A program made the position numbers and the translations under genes. From contig OZ176051.1 in assembly GCA_964247055.1 (NCBI GenBank), forward strand, positions 13,764,001 to 13,828,000: a stretch of DNA of 64,000 nucleotides, given 5' to 3'. The DNA comes from Paragordius varius. Lineage: Eukaryota; Animalia; Nematomorpha. This document shows, piece by piece, positions 53,055 through 64,000 of this stretch. The notes under the pieces are model-generated. The model was given only the letters and a program-made list of their open reading frames with translations. It was not told the DNA's origin and did no database searches. Numbering within the stretch: the stretch's first letter is position 1; every line of letters starts with the position of its first letter.

Positions 53055-53959
53055 TAAGACAGTGTATGGCTCTGAAAGAAAAATATATTACATTTTTTAT
53101 TTCAACCATGTTAAATTTGGAACGGGATTTAATTTTATGATATTTTATTCAATTTTTTTGATTTTTTTGTTTGGTAAAAATCAGTATTAATCTTCTACAC
53201 ATATATATTAATTTTGTTATGTGATTTAAACATATCATGGGTACATTAGTTGTTTATGGGGCATCATTTTTTGGATGATACACGGAAATAAATTACCTAA
53301 TTGCATTTAAAATTATTTTGTATGAAGTTATAACTACATTTGGGAATAACTCTTAGATATAAGGTTAAATAAAGACATGATAGCTTTCAAAATTTCATCT
53401 TAAAATTAATACTATTTGTAAGTAAATTACCTTCTCAACATAAACAAGTTTGAGATTTCTCTCATAGTTGATTTAGCTTAATCTATCATTTTCTTACTTA
53501 ATTTCTAATATAACTGAAAAAGAAACAAACAACACTGAGTATAATTTACATATAAATTTATGGTTTTATTCAAACATAAGATCGATTTTATATTTACAAT
53601 TTATTATTAAATTTTTTATACACAATAATGGTACAATTGCAATCGTGATAAAATTTTTGAAATAATCGGTTTCAAAAATAGATTTTACTATATTAAATAA
53701 TGACTATACATTTGAAAAAATCAAGTTAAGATGAAATTTTCCATTTTTCGTATAAAGAGTGTTTTATACATACAGTTTAAAAAATTAATAAACAATTTGC
53801 CTGTATATAATATATGAATAAAGGCATAGCCCAAAATCTTTGCATCTAAAGCAAGGAGTTGGAGTATTATTTGTATTTGATATGGTTTGGTAAAATATGC
53901 TTAAACACTAATTTATTTAAAATCTACCAACAGATAATTTGGTAAATAACAGGAAAAAG

Positions 53960-56588
53960 CTATGTTTTCTCAATTTCTTGCTCAGTGCCTGGAATAGAAT
54001 GAGGTGTTGTAGTGTTTGAATCAGCTAATGTGTCCATTAAAACATGGGAATCGAAATGATTCGAATCTTTGAGTGATAAATTCCACATACTGTAGGCTGG
54101 ATCCCCAGTTACTTCCCGTGCAATGTGTAGGAAGGGTGGTAACTTGAGTTGATCAGTCGGGATAGTCGTATACGTTTCAAGGAGGACCAGTCCTCGACAA
54201 CGTTTAGGACATCGGGACTGATAAACGTCAAGTCTATAGTAATGATTTTGGTAAAGGAAACACCGTCTCGTTTTATATATGGTAGCATGGAGGCGATCTC
54301 GTTGACTCTGTAACAGCATATGGTATTCCTTGGCATCAATTTGTCGTTTTTGTTCGATGCACTGGCCCTCCATTTCAGGCAAACGGACCGTATACAAATA
54401 GGTAAATAAACTAGGCACATTGTATTGTAACGTTGTTAAGTTAGCCAAATTCGAAGAAAGAGGACTAGCTAAAACACCGCGTTTCTTTAGCCTGGCTTGC
54501 GGCATGCGCTTATAAAGTGGTACTAATGACTTGCTTTTACCATATTTTTGTGGGCCATCTTTTTCGGGTTCTTCTTTGTCGATTGAAATGGTGTTTTCAG
54601 TTTTCATGGTATTAGAAAAAGATGAAGGGCGTGAATTGGTTGGACTAGCATCATAAAATTCTTCAGGGCTAATTAGGTAATCATGAACGACACTAAACAC
54701 TTGACAGGGTGGAAGTGCTTTTAAGTCATCGGGATTGTTTTCATCAAAATTTGTGATAAGGAATTTCCGTTTTTTAGATGTTATTTTAAGACTTTCATTG
54801 GTTTTAACACCTAATCGGCGACATACAACGCTTAACAACCGTAAAATTTTTGCCTCAAACCCTGTACTATTGTCTATGATATCAAAATGGGGATGTCCGA
54901 CCCACACATCGGCTGTCCGTTTATCAACGGCTCTGGCCTCTTCCAAACCTTCGTGTCGAGCTTGATTCCCTTGACACGTGTAAAATGATTCTGCTCCATT
55001 TGCTGCTGTCACCATGTGTATAACGAGATCATACCTAATAATGTGCAGATAAAAATTATTAGATAATATAGTAAACTGATTTAAGCTTTTTTAGTTATGC
55101 CTCTAATATTTGGAATTTTAAAAGATAATGAGTTTCTCTCTCTAAAGAAACAAAAATTAGACAAAATACATTATAAAAAATTTGGCACACTATGAGAATC
55201 TATGATTTTTAGTATTACCAATATGCATTCTCTAGCTTTTGAAAAATATTATGTAAAACATAAAAAATGTAATCATTTATCAGCCAATTTGATATTTTTG
55301 AGTTTGGCAATAAATATTGCAGATAAAAGAAACTGTGCGACAAAAAGCGAGAAACCAAATAATTGTCTATATTATTTACGTCATCCTGCCTAAAAATTTC
55401 AATACAACCAACGAATGAAAAGGTGAAAATACCAAAAAAAATTTTACCAAGTTTTTTTTTATCATTAGCCAAATAAATTCCGTCACAAAAGTATTTGAAA
55501 TTACGAGAAACGGGTCGTTGAAATTTACCAATTGTATGCACTATAACTCTTTGCAAAATTAATTCTTAAGGGTGTGTATTTTGAGTGAGCCCTTGAAAAT
55601 CTATGTAATTATAACACCATTGGCGATGTAGAAAAATTATTTGGATATCAAGCTATGAATTAGGCTTAGGATAGAGAAATATTATTGGAGCTAACGAATA
55701 CAATTTTTTATTTATTGCTAAAAAATTACAATATTTGCAATTTTTACGTGCAAAAACAACGGATTATATTTGGTGGCAATATAGCAATCTTTTAATAGCT
55801 TAGTTGATTTATTTTACTTAAAAAAGTAATGAAATGGATAGTTTTTATGGTTAACCCATTTATCAATTGCAATATTCGTTATTAAAGCTTCGAGCTATCA
55901 ATCTATAGACTGTTGTGTAATTAATTTTTAAAAAAAGTTATAACACAAATTTTATCTGGTAAATTAAAAAATTTAACGAAACAAATCGTAATTTTTTTCT
56001 ATATAAACCTTGTATCTCTTAAAAGTGGAATGCTCCAGCCATTTTTCCTAAGAATATAATGGAATTCTGCTTCTTGCATATAAGCCGCGGGGTCCATTGT
56101 TCCTCGATCACATATAATTAGCGTATTTTGATCCACGCTGGGATGTGGGTTTGAAGCCAAATTTAGAGAATTTCGATTAATATTTTTGATTTTATCTTCA
56201 ATAAAGTTTCCATTACTAACTAAAGCAATCGTATTGTTGTTGTTGTTAATATCTATAGAATCTTTGATATCAGGTGGATTTGTATCAACCACGTCAAAAA
56301 ACGATTTCTCAAGTTGTAACATTGATTTCAATAAATTTTCTTGAAATTTGACACTCTGTTTCCTGTTTAAGCGACCAAAAGATATACCACCACCCAATAG
56401 GAGTGTAGCGGCTTCAGGAACACGCAAAACTTTCCATCCAATATTCTCAAAAAATATATGAAGTCTGGATTGTCCAGTTGTCTTGCCTCCGCAGGGACCG
56501 CCCGTTAAAACAATTTTATAAACGGATTTTTCTTCGTTACCGTTCATCCAATTACCATGTGTTAAAAGGCATGAATAATTTTTGACGA
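53960..56588 (-). CDS. TTD14: TRPL translocation defect protein 14-like (P-loop NTPase + CYTH-like domain); core exons 56009-56588 and 53960-55034
   Basis: SVYKIVLTGGPCGGKTTGQ (Walker A), VLRVPEAAT.LLGGG, ICDRGTMD, RYDLVIHMVTAANGAESFYT, W.GHPHFDIIDNST.F..KI, KRKFLI, KTRRCFLYQNHYYRLDVY, FL...REVTGDPAYSMWNLS match remembered TTD14 motifs. The phase-2 GT-AG intron 55035-56008 restores R-Y-D. In-exon Met at 56547; true start unresolved. Confidence 0.88.
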
Positions 56589-57342
56589 CTGCAAACGTAA
56601 AATTTAAATACATGCTATTTAGTATTATTTTATTATCTTTGTTGCGCAAGCTTATAATATCATATTTGAAATTTTAATTATCAAACATTGTTATTAGATA
56701 AAAAAGCTAACAAATTTAGTTTTATAACTTCCAGAGTTAAAAATTTTTATAGATCAAAACACGATTGAACTAGCCAGCTGATTTTAAAGGAAATAAATAT
56801 CAAGGTTTTGTAAAATGCAACCTTAATTTTAATAAGGTAACTAATTGCATCTTATTACCATAAGATATATTTATTTGCCTATGGTATTAGAGATTTAATA
56901 AAATCGACGAAATTTTACTGAGAAAATTTTACAATATACATTTTTAGCAAATTTGTGAGCCAAAACGGTTAAAGTATTTTAATACCAAATACCTTATATA
57001 CTATTTAAGCAAAATCGCTCTGGTACAGGGATTATCAAACTTTTGTAATTCCCGAACCCATTTTTGATAACGAGTTTATTAACGACCCCAACAAATATAA
57101 AAGTAAATCAAATCAATATTTTTTGATGTCATATTTATAGGTTACATATGCATATAAAAATATATAAAGAATTGGTTTTGAAACATTTAAAAATATAAGA
57201 TCGAAATTTGCACATAATTGCAAAAACAAAAGTGGATTCTGACCGTCTTTCTCGAATATATCCAAGTAGTTGCGTTAATATTAAATTAAAGTTTACTTTA
57301 AAAATTCAATGAGATGGATGTGCCTGTTTTTTATTGCATAAC

Positions 57343-57959
57343 TAGGTCAGTGACTATCTATTTTTTGACCATGATTAAAAAAACAGATGTTTTTTGAAAA
57401 ATTGCTTGTAAATTTCTTTTGAAAGAAAGATAGTACGATTTTATTGTTTTTTTATTTATATAAATTAAATATTTAAATATGCTTATTTAACAATATATTA
57501 AAATTGTTAAACATGCATCCTTATAACATTAGGATTTAAGCTTATCCAGTTATGTCAAATAACATATCAATCAAGCCTTGTGCAAAATATGCAATTATAT
57601 CTATGTGTGCAATAAAATAAAAAACATCTTATATTTGGATATTAATTCATTGAAAAGAGAAAGTGTAAAACAGTTAAAAAATTTTTGAATATCAAGTATT
57701 AAAAGCTATCTTTTTGAATAGAAGGCTACAAACATGTGGCAAATTCATTTCTTGATTAAATTTGATTGAATATATTTTTAAATAATAAATTTAAAAAAAT
57801 GTATAATACAAACTTTAGAAAAAAAACATGACATTATTAGTGAAACGCAAGTTAGCATTATTTTCACAATCTCCAATATCACTTGATATTTACTTAAATA
57901 GTGTGGTCAGGACCATGGTCTGACCGGATTTTTTTAAAAAAGCAGTCATAACAATCCTA
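57343..57959. mobile_element. Non-autonomous hAT element (TAGGGTTG family), left subterminal deletion
   Basis: Aligns with 18404-19064 and ends ACAATCCTA. Perfect 8-bp TSD TGCATAAC at 57335-57342 and 57960-57967. Confidence 0.85.
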
Positions 57960-59136
57960 TGCATAACAAATTAAATTTTTATGTAATGTTTGAAATTGCT
58001 AGACGTGAGACCTCTTCACCATTTTTTACCGCTGACCGATATTGGGATTTAATGTGTTAAAGCTGAGAAAGTAACTTGACATAAATATGTGGTGTTGAAT
58101 GGCAGTACATTTAACACCATATCGGTGATTGTGGAATTCATTCAAGGGCTTTTCTTGGAATTGTAGTTTTAAGTTTGAGTCACACGAAAGCTGAGCAAAT
58201 TCCTCTTGAGCTTTAAGTGCAGATGATCAATCTCACTTAAGCCAATCCAAAACGGCTTTTGAATCCAAACTATTTTTTGTAAATCAATATTTAATATACA
58301 ATACGTCCGGAATCTACAATAGTTTTTGCAATAAATTTTCAATGTATTTCTCAATTACAAAATTGTCGGCACTGAAAAGAACAAATTTTTTTCGACCCTA
58401 TTTTTTCAAATGGTGATCTTTTTTAATAAACTTTAAATTATATCCTTTGACGTAAATATATCGCAATTTTTTCCTTGAAGAGAAATTACCTTTAAATTAA
58501 AGTGATTTAAATATTAACTAATTTTTGATTTTTATATAAATTAGGAATATAATGTAAATTAATTAAGTTTATAATTACCCCAAAATGTATATGGGTAAAA
58601 TATTATTTACAAAAAACATGTTAGAATATTATAATGTGACTTACTTGAAAAATATTTTGATTAAATCTTAATTAAAATAACTTTTGAAACATCGGATTAT
58701 ATACACGAATGAGCTCTGATATAACACCAATATATAATCGCGGACACATATACAAAAAGGTTATGGAATGGCAATTAAAATATGCGGACTTCAATCTTAA
58801 AAATAATATTTCAATATTTATGGATATAACAGAGCCTTTAATAACCCATTTTTTGCATCATCGAATCAAAAAACGAATTTTGATAAAATGCTGTCCATTT
58901 GGGTCAATTAAATTAAAATCCTTTAGAGCAATGCGCCTAACGTAATAATTAGCTTCGGTGTAGCCTAACATTTTAAAAAGGGTTTTGTAAAATTACACAG
59001 TGCACAAAAATATCTATATATATATATATATATATAGATTTTTAATGGAGAGATTGATTAGATTCTCATTCATTGCCTAAAAAGATGTTTTAAAAAAATG
59101 TAAGATTTTTGTTGTAATGTTTTTATCAAAGTAAAT

Positions 59137-61183
59137 CAGTGGTGTACCGAGCATTTGCGGCGCCCGGGGCATAAAACACTTACGCACCCCTCCTCTTTTT
59201 GAAAGCCAATAAAACAATTTAGTAAAAAAATACAAACATTGCTACCTAAACTCATAGATAAGACAGCACAGTCATTTAAATTTGCTGAATGACCTTTCAA
59301 AACTAGCGACTGACGTTGAAATAGTAAAGTATTTAGAGTGCAACTCTTAAATTGGGAAACACAATTATAAAGGTTAAGAGTTTTAACGGAGTTTTAGGAT
59401 CGACACCTTTTCGACTTAGGAGTAACATCCTACAATCATAAAATTCTATAAAGAGATCTGTTCCATTAAAATCTGTATTGTAAAATCCGCCTATAGATTT
59501 AGAATTATTTTTTAAATCCTTATTGTTATTACTTGTCAATAAATTTTTGATATCTTACAAAAATCCAAATAGAATTTACATCTTTCAGCCTAAAGAATCG
59601 CTTTTCATTCTAGGTTGCAATTTATCCAATACCTATTTCATTACACGAGAAATTTCACTTTCTGCAGAAAGAATCACTCCATCTGATTCTCCTGGAAATT
59701 TATTTGGCTTTCTAGGACGAGTCGATATGATATAGAAACATCTGACTATTTTTTTATGGCTTCCTAAGGTGATTCCGAATATATGATAATTCAATAGTTT
59801 TCAAGGTCCTTAAATGCTTCATTAAAAATAATTTTAGGATCCTGCAAACTATAAACCCTATCGATTCTAATCAAACTGAGCTATATGTTTTAGTAAAATA
59901 AGAGGTTTCAGGGATTTGGTGCCGAGTCATCTAGATACCTTAAACTTTCAACATGTCCTCGAAAAGGGATATTTTGGGTGATCAAAATTTCATGCAGGCC
60001 AAATTCGATGTAAAATATTTCGCCATCGATCTTTTTCCGATTTTAAGTGAGTTGCTCTATTTATCAATCTTGTACCTCTTTCCAAGTAAATGCTCTTCGA
60101 TGATTCAGGCTATTTTCATGATGGAATAATTTATATTTTTCATCCATTTACTAAAACCATGGGTAGTTTTTAAACATGATCCAAAGAATAATATCGATCA
60201 AAAAGTAGGCAAACAATACCAGATCTGTTCTTTGGTGAATATAGAAGCCAAGACCTCAAATTCAAATCCTTCTTTTTTACCGACACGTAGGAAAATCCAA
60301 GATTGGGGGATTGAACGATGATTTTTTGTTTCAGAGAGATTGCATTTATCTTGAAATCCTTGATATCCACGAATAATCATTTCTGGTTGATTAGATATAT
60401 ACGGGAACATTTATATTAGTACATTTTAAAAAGGCGACATCATTAAACTCTATCTATATAGCGCTTGGAATTACAAATGGTATATTTGTAATTTTCTCAT
60501 CTCTATTTATTGGATCAATTAATAGGATTTCAGGTGTATTTAAGTTATTATTATTAAGGGGTACCTTTATGTTTGTGTCGCATACATTTTCTTCAATGTT
60601 ATGATCAGATATTTTGGTTAATTAAAATTTCATACTCAGTCGCATTATATTTGTTTTATTCTCTTTCTGGATTTTTTGTTTCCTATTTGGGTAACCGCTG
60701 AGTTTAGGCATTGATATCTGATAATAATGAAAATAATATAAAAATACAAAGCTATATTAACCCTGTAAGAGATGGAATGATCTTGTTAACAAATAAAATT
60801 GGGTTTTGAAATTATATATGTATAAAAATATTATGAATTATAAGAATAAGAGATACGGTTCTAAAGAGAGCGAGAAGTTTAAATAATTTAATTATAGGCA
60901 ATAAAAGAATTAACAATATGCGCGTGACAAAGAAACTTTTTTAAAGCGAAAAATAAGTTGGCATATGTTGAAGTACCTACATCAAAGTTGTTTTTTGCAT
61001 AATGTTTGCTCTTATTCTCATTTATATAATTTTTATATTATTTTAGGGGTCATTACGTAAATTGCTGAAATCCTACTTGAAAATTGGTATAATTTTTGCA
61101 TAAATCAAATTTAAGAATAATCATTTAGGCGCCCCTACCCGGGGCATGATGCACCCCCTTGTCCCCCCTTCGGTACGCCACTG
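59137..61183 (-). mobile_element. hAT DNA transposon with decayed, internally deleted transposase (ZMYM1/TTF-zinc-finger type)
   Basis: 14-bp TIRs CAGTGGTGTACCGA / TCGGTACGCCACTG (1 mismatch). Perfect 8-bp TSD AAGTAAAT (59129-59136, 61184-61191). Minus-strand relics: RSWLLYSP...VCLLF (TTF zinc finger, ~60180-60260), HENSLNHRRAF.WK (~60070-60120), FPNLRVAL..FTISTSVASFERSFSKFK (hAT dimerisation domain, ~59277-59365). Multiple stops and frameshifts. Confidence 0.9.
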
Positions 61184-62529
61184 AAGTAAATAGCCAATTA
61201 TGCTAAATAAAATCTTTTTGGTGAAACTTGCTTCACTTTATTGGAGTTCATCATAAACTATATTGAAAAAGGATAACAATATTTTTATATAATACAGTGC
61301 CCACAAAAAAATATCCGGATGAAATACAAATAATTGATAATTTTATCAGGATTATGGTGCTTTTAATTTTGTCATTACAATTAATAAGAATATCAATTCT
61401 TTTGGTTAATTGCCCCATATCTAAAAATTAATTTTTTATGGAGTATTTTAACTTAACCAATATTCCAAATACCATATCAACATAATTTTACTAAAAAATA
61501 TATTTAACGAAAGAGCTTTTAAAAATATTTAGATGTTAGAATCTCGATTAACACACCTTCACCTTTCCCTTTTTTACGACTAAGGTTTTCGGTGGAGAGT
61601 ATAACTTGTAGACACTTGGAGTCGAAAATTGGGGTAGTTAAAAGATTCAAAGAATCATCTAAATTCAAATTAATAAATAAAAACTTGCTGCTAAAATGTT
61701 TTTTAAAAGCTTTTTATACTAAATAATTTCATATTATAACCATAATTTTTCCCTATACGCCATATAAAAAATCCAAATTAAGGCAGAGAAAAAGTTTTAA
61801 ATGAGGACTTATAGAATCCTGTGCCTTATAGGCAAAAGGCCCCTATTTTTCGATTTAATTTTAAGTATATTTGAAATTAAAACCATTCTGTCTTACAGAA
61901 TGCCACATAAATAAGCGTCAAATTTCTATCGCGTGATCTAAGCCATATAAACAAGTATAAATTCAGAATTTTGATGCCTCCATATGAGTAAAAATTTATA
62001 TAATAGATCTATTTTATTTACGTTTAACGGAACAATTGGTTTTCACCAATTGGCCATATGTGCGCAAATTTTAAATTTTTCGATATAAAGCAATGACCAC
62101 GAAGCAACTTTCTCTAGTAATAAAGACAAAATGAAAAAGACTTAGATATATAGATATATATATATATATATTCCTTATTTTTTATCAACTTATCGTTTTG
62201 CGTGGTATAATGTAAATTTTTAACACTCACTTTAAGCATTTCTTCAACAAAAAATCTAAATTTTATCACGTTGCGATATCTCATTGTTCCCATCATATTA
62301 AAAATAAATTATACCCTTTACACCTTTTTATATTAAATGAACTTTATAATGTATAAATAGCAGGCTGCTGAAATTTAATTAAAAGTTACAAAAAATAATA
62401 TTTTATGGTATTGTCATATAATAATTTGGATATTTTATGGCCCTCAACTATGATAGGGCGGCGTTTAATTTAACATTTTTTGTTGTTTTTAAACCATTCA
62501 ATCATATTCATAAAACAATCATAATCCAC

Positions 62530-62929
62530 TTTTGGCTCCTCCAATCGATGACCTGAAGGATAGATAAGGGCCCTAGAATAAATAATAGATATTATTTAAA
62601 TTTTATAGTAGTGAAGATTTTAATTTAACAATCATACTAAATTCCATTGCCTATTTTTCCGTACATTTATATAAAAAACTATTTTTATAAAAAAAGTATT
62701 GAACAACATTTACCCTATAGTATATAAATTATATAATATATTGTAATGTTTAATTCGAAATTGTTCATTATTATTTTTAAAAGAGTAGTAAGTTAACAAC
62801 CTAAAAATATCGAAATAATCAATGGTTTTAAAATTTTAAATTTTGACAATAACACAGCTAAAACACACCACCGCTCTACAATAGCGATAATTAAAAAATA
62901 TTTCCTAATATCTAAATATATTCACAAGT

Positions 62930-62960
<31 letters not shown>

Positions 62961-63497
62961 CGAAATGATTGAAAAATGGTATCTGCACCTTTGGACAAAT
63001 ATAAAACACCGTTTTATAAAGCTTATTAATGATAAAATTTTTAATAATTATTAAGATTCATATCGATGTAAGTAGTTCGTAAATCCACATAGGCTTCACC
63101 ACATAAAACTATGCTTGATCAATATCATAATGTTAAATAATAATTAAAAAATTTTGTTTAGTTTAATTAAAAGTTATTTCGTTTACCTGAATAAGGTTAA
63201 TCCCTATCATCAATGAGAGACCGATTATACAAAATAAAAGTATAATAAAATATTTTAAAACTAATAACCATGTCAACTAATTATTTAATTATTTTAAGTA
63301 GTTTTTTTCAGAATAAAAATATACATTATTGATCTAATTAGTTAGCTATATTAAAAAATGTCTTAATATAACTTTTATGATTTTTTTTCACAACAACCTA
63401 TAAAAACGATTTTAGCGAAGATACTTACTCTACCCAATGCTATTAGATTCCGATTTTTGAGCTTTGAGATTTGTAATAAACTCTCAATGGTAAACAT
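62530..63497 (-). CDS. Possible upstream coding exons of TTD14 (63429-63497 and 62530-62572)
   Basis: ATG at 63497 is preceded by an in-frame stop and followed by a strong GTAAGT donor. The second exon has a TTCTAG acceptor and a weak GTGGAT donor. Phases (0,1) fit the acceptor at 56588, giving MFTIESLLQISKLKNRNLIALGR-GPYLSFRSSIGGAK-IVKNYSC... Confidence 0.35.
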
Positions 63498-64000
63498 TAA
63501 ATTTCACAATGTGTTCTATCCACTTTTAGACTCAGTAAAAAATGAAATTATACTACGGACAAAAGATAAAAATAGTAAGACAAAAAGACGACCCCATACT
63601 TTTATAAACCTTAATCTTTCCCATATAAATATTACCATTGTAAAATATATGATTGATTGTGTTACTAATATACATATTTTTGCCATATTTTACATTTTAA
63701 AAGAATTCATGTTTAATAAAGAGCGTCGTTATATCATAGAAAAATTATTTGTCTTTATGTTTTTTGTCATTCCGTATATAATTCCCATTCTTACTGTAAT
63801 CTAATTCGATTTGGATTTCATTAAAAAGATAATTTTACTTTGTGGGTATTTTAGTTTCTTTAAGCTTTCGATAAAGACGAATGGATTGAGAAAGGGGAAC
63901 TCGAACATCCCTATCACCCAACAGAAAAAGGATTGGACTTTTAATCTAAGAACGATGTAAAAAAAAATGTACAAAAAAAACTAAGAATAATTTTATTTAT

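Noticed and set aside
54109-54965. Alternative-frame and antisense ORFs within TTD14
   Set aside because: Explained as shadows of the TTD14 exon.
58100-58330. Slightly GC-richer segment with weak transposase-like peptide (EQIPLEL.VQMINL)
   Set aside because: Stops in all frames and no diagnostic motif.
63457-63804. 115-aa plus-strand ORF (TTG start)
   Set aside because: AT-rich I/K/F/N-biased composition typical of chance ORFs; overlaps the candidate TTD14 first exon on the other strand.

Overview
AT-rich animal (metazoan) genomic DNA with GT-AG spliced genes and many transposon relics; no prokaryotic features. I hand-spliced three recognisable host genes: a divergent Wnt9-like ligand (minus, 7 exons, 2719-7897, ~539 aa, 24 Cys after the signal peptide), a small-conductance Ca2+-activated K+ channel (SK/KCNN, plus, 9 coding exons, 33980-47276, ~1493 aa) and a TTD14-like P-loop NTPase/CYTH protein (minus, core 53960-56588, with possible upstream exons to 63497). 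The SK channel has a ~1040-aa N-terminal extension and an unusual AIGYG filter. A probable small secreted Thr/Pro-rich peptide gene, too fragmented for the ORF track, lies at 50562-53054. Mobile DNA includes a young 5'-truncated RTE-clade LINE nested in a non-autonomous hAT element with intact TIRs and a perfect 8-bp TSD, further hAT MITEs, a decayed hAT transposase element, foldback elements, a Tc1 relic and a tRNA-Glu-derived SINE family. I see no clear evidence of a wholly new multi-gene system. The best leads are the altered SK pore, the LINE-in-hAT composite, the orphan secreted peptide and the insertion-expanded Wnt. All gene models and homology calls come from inspection and remembered family motifs, not database searches.
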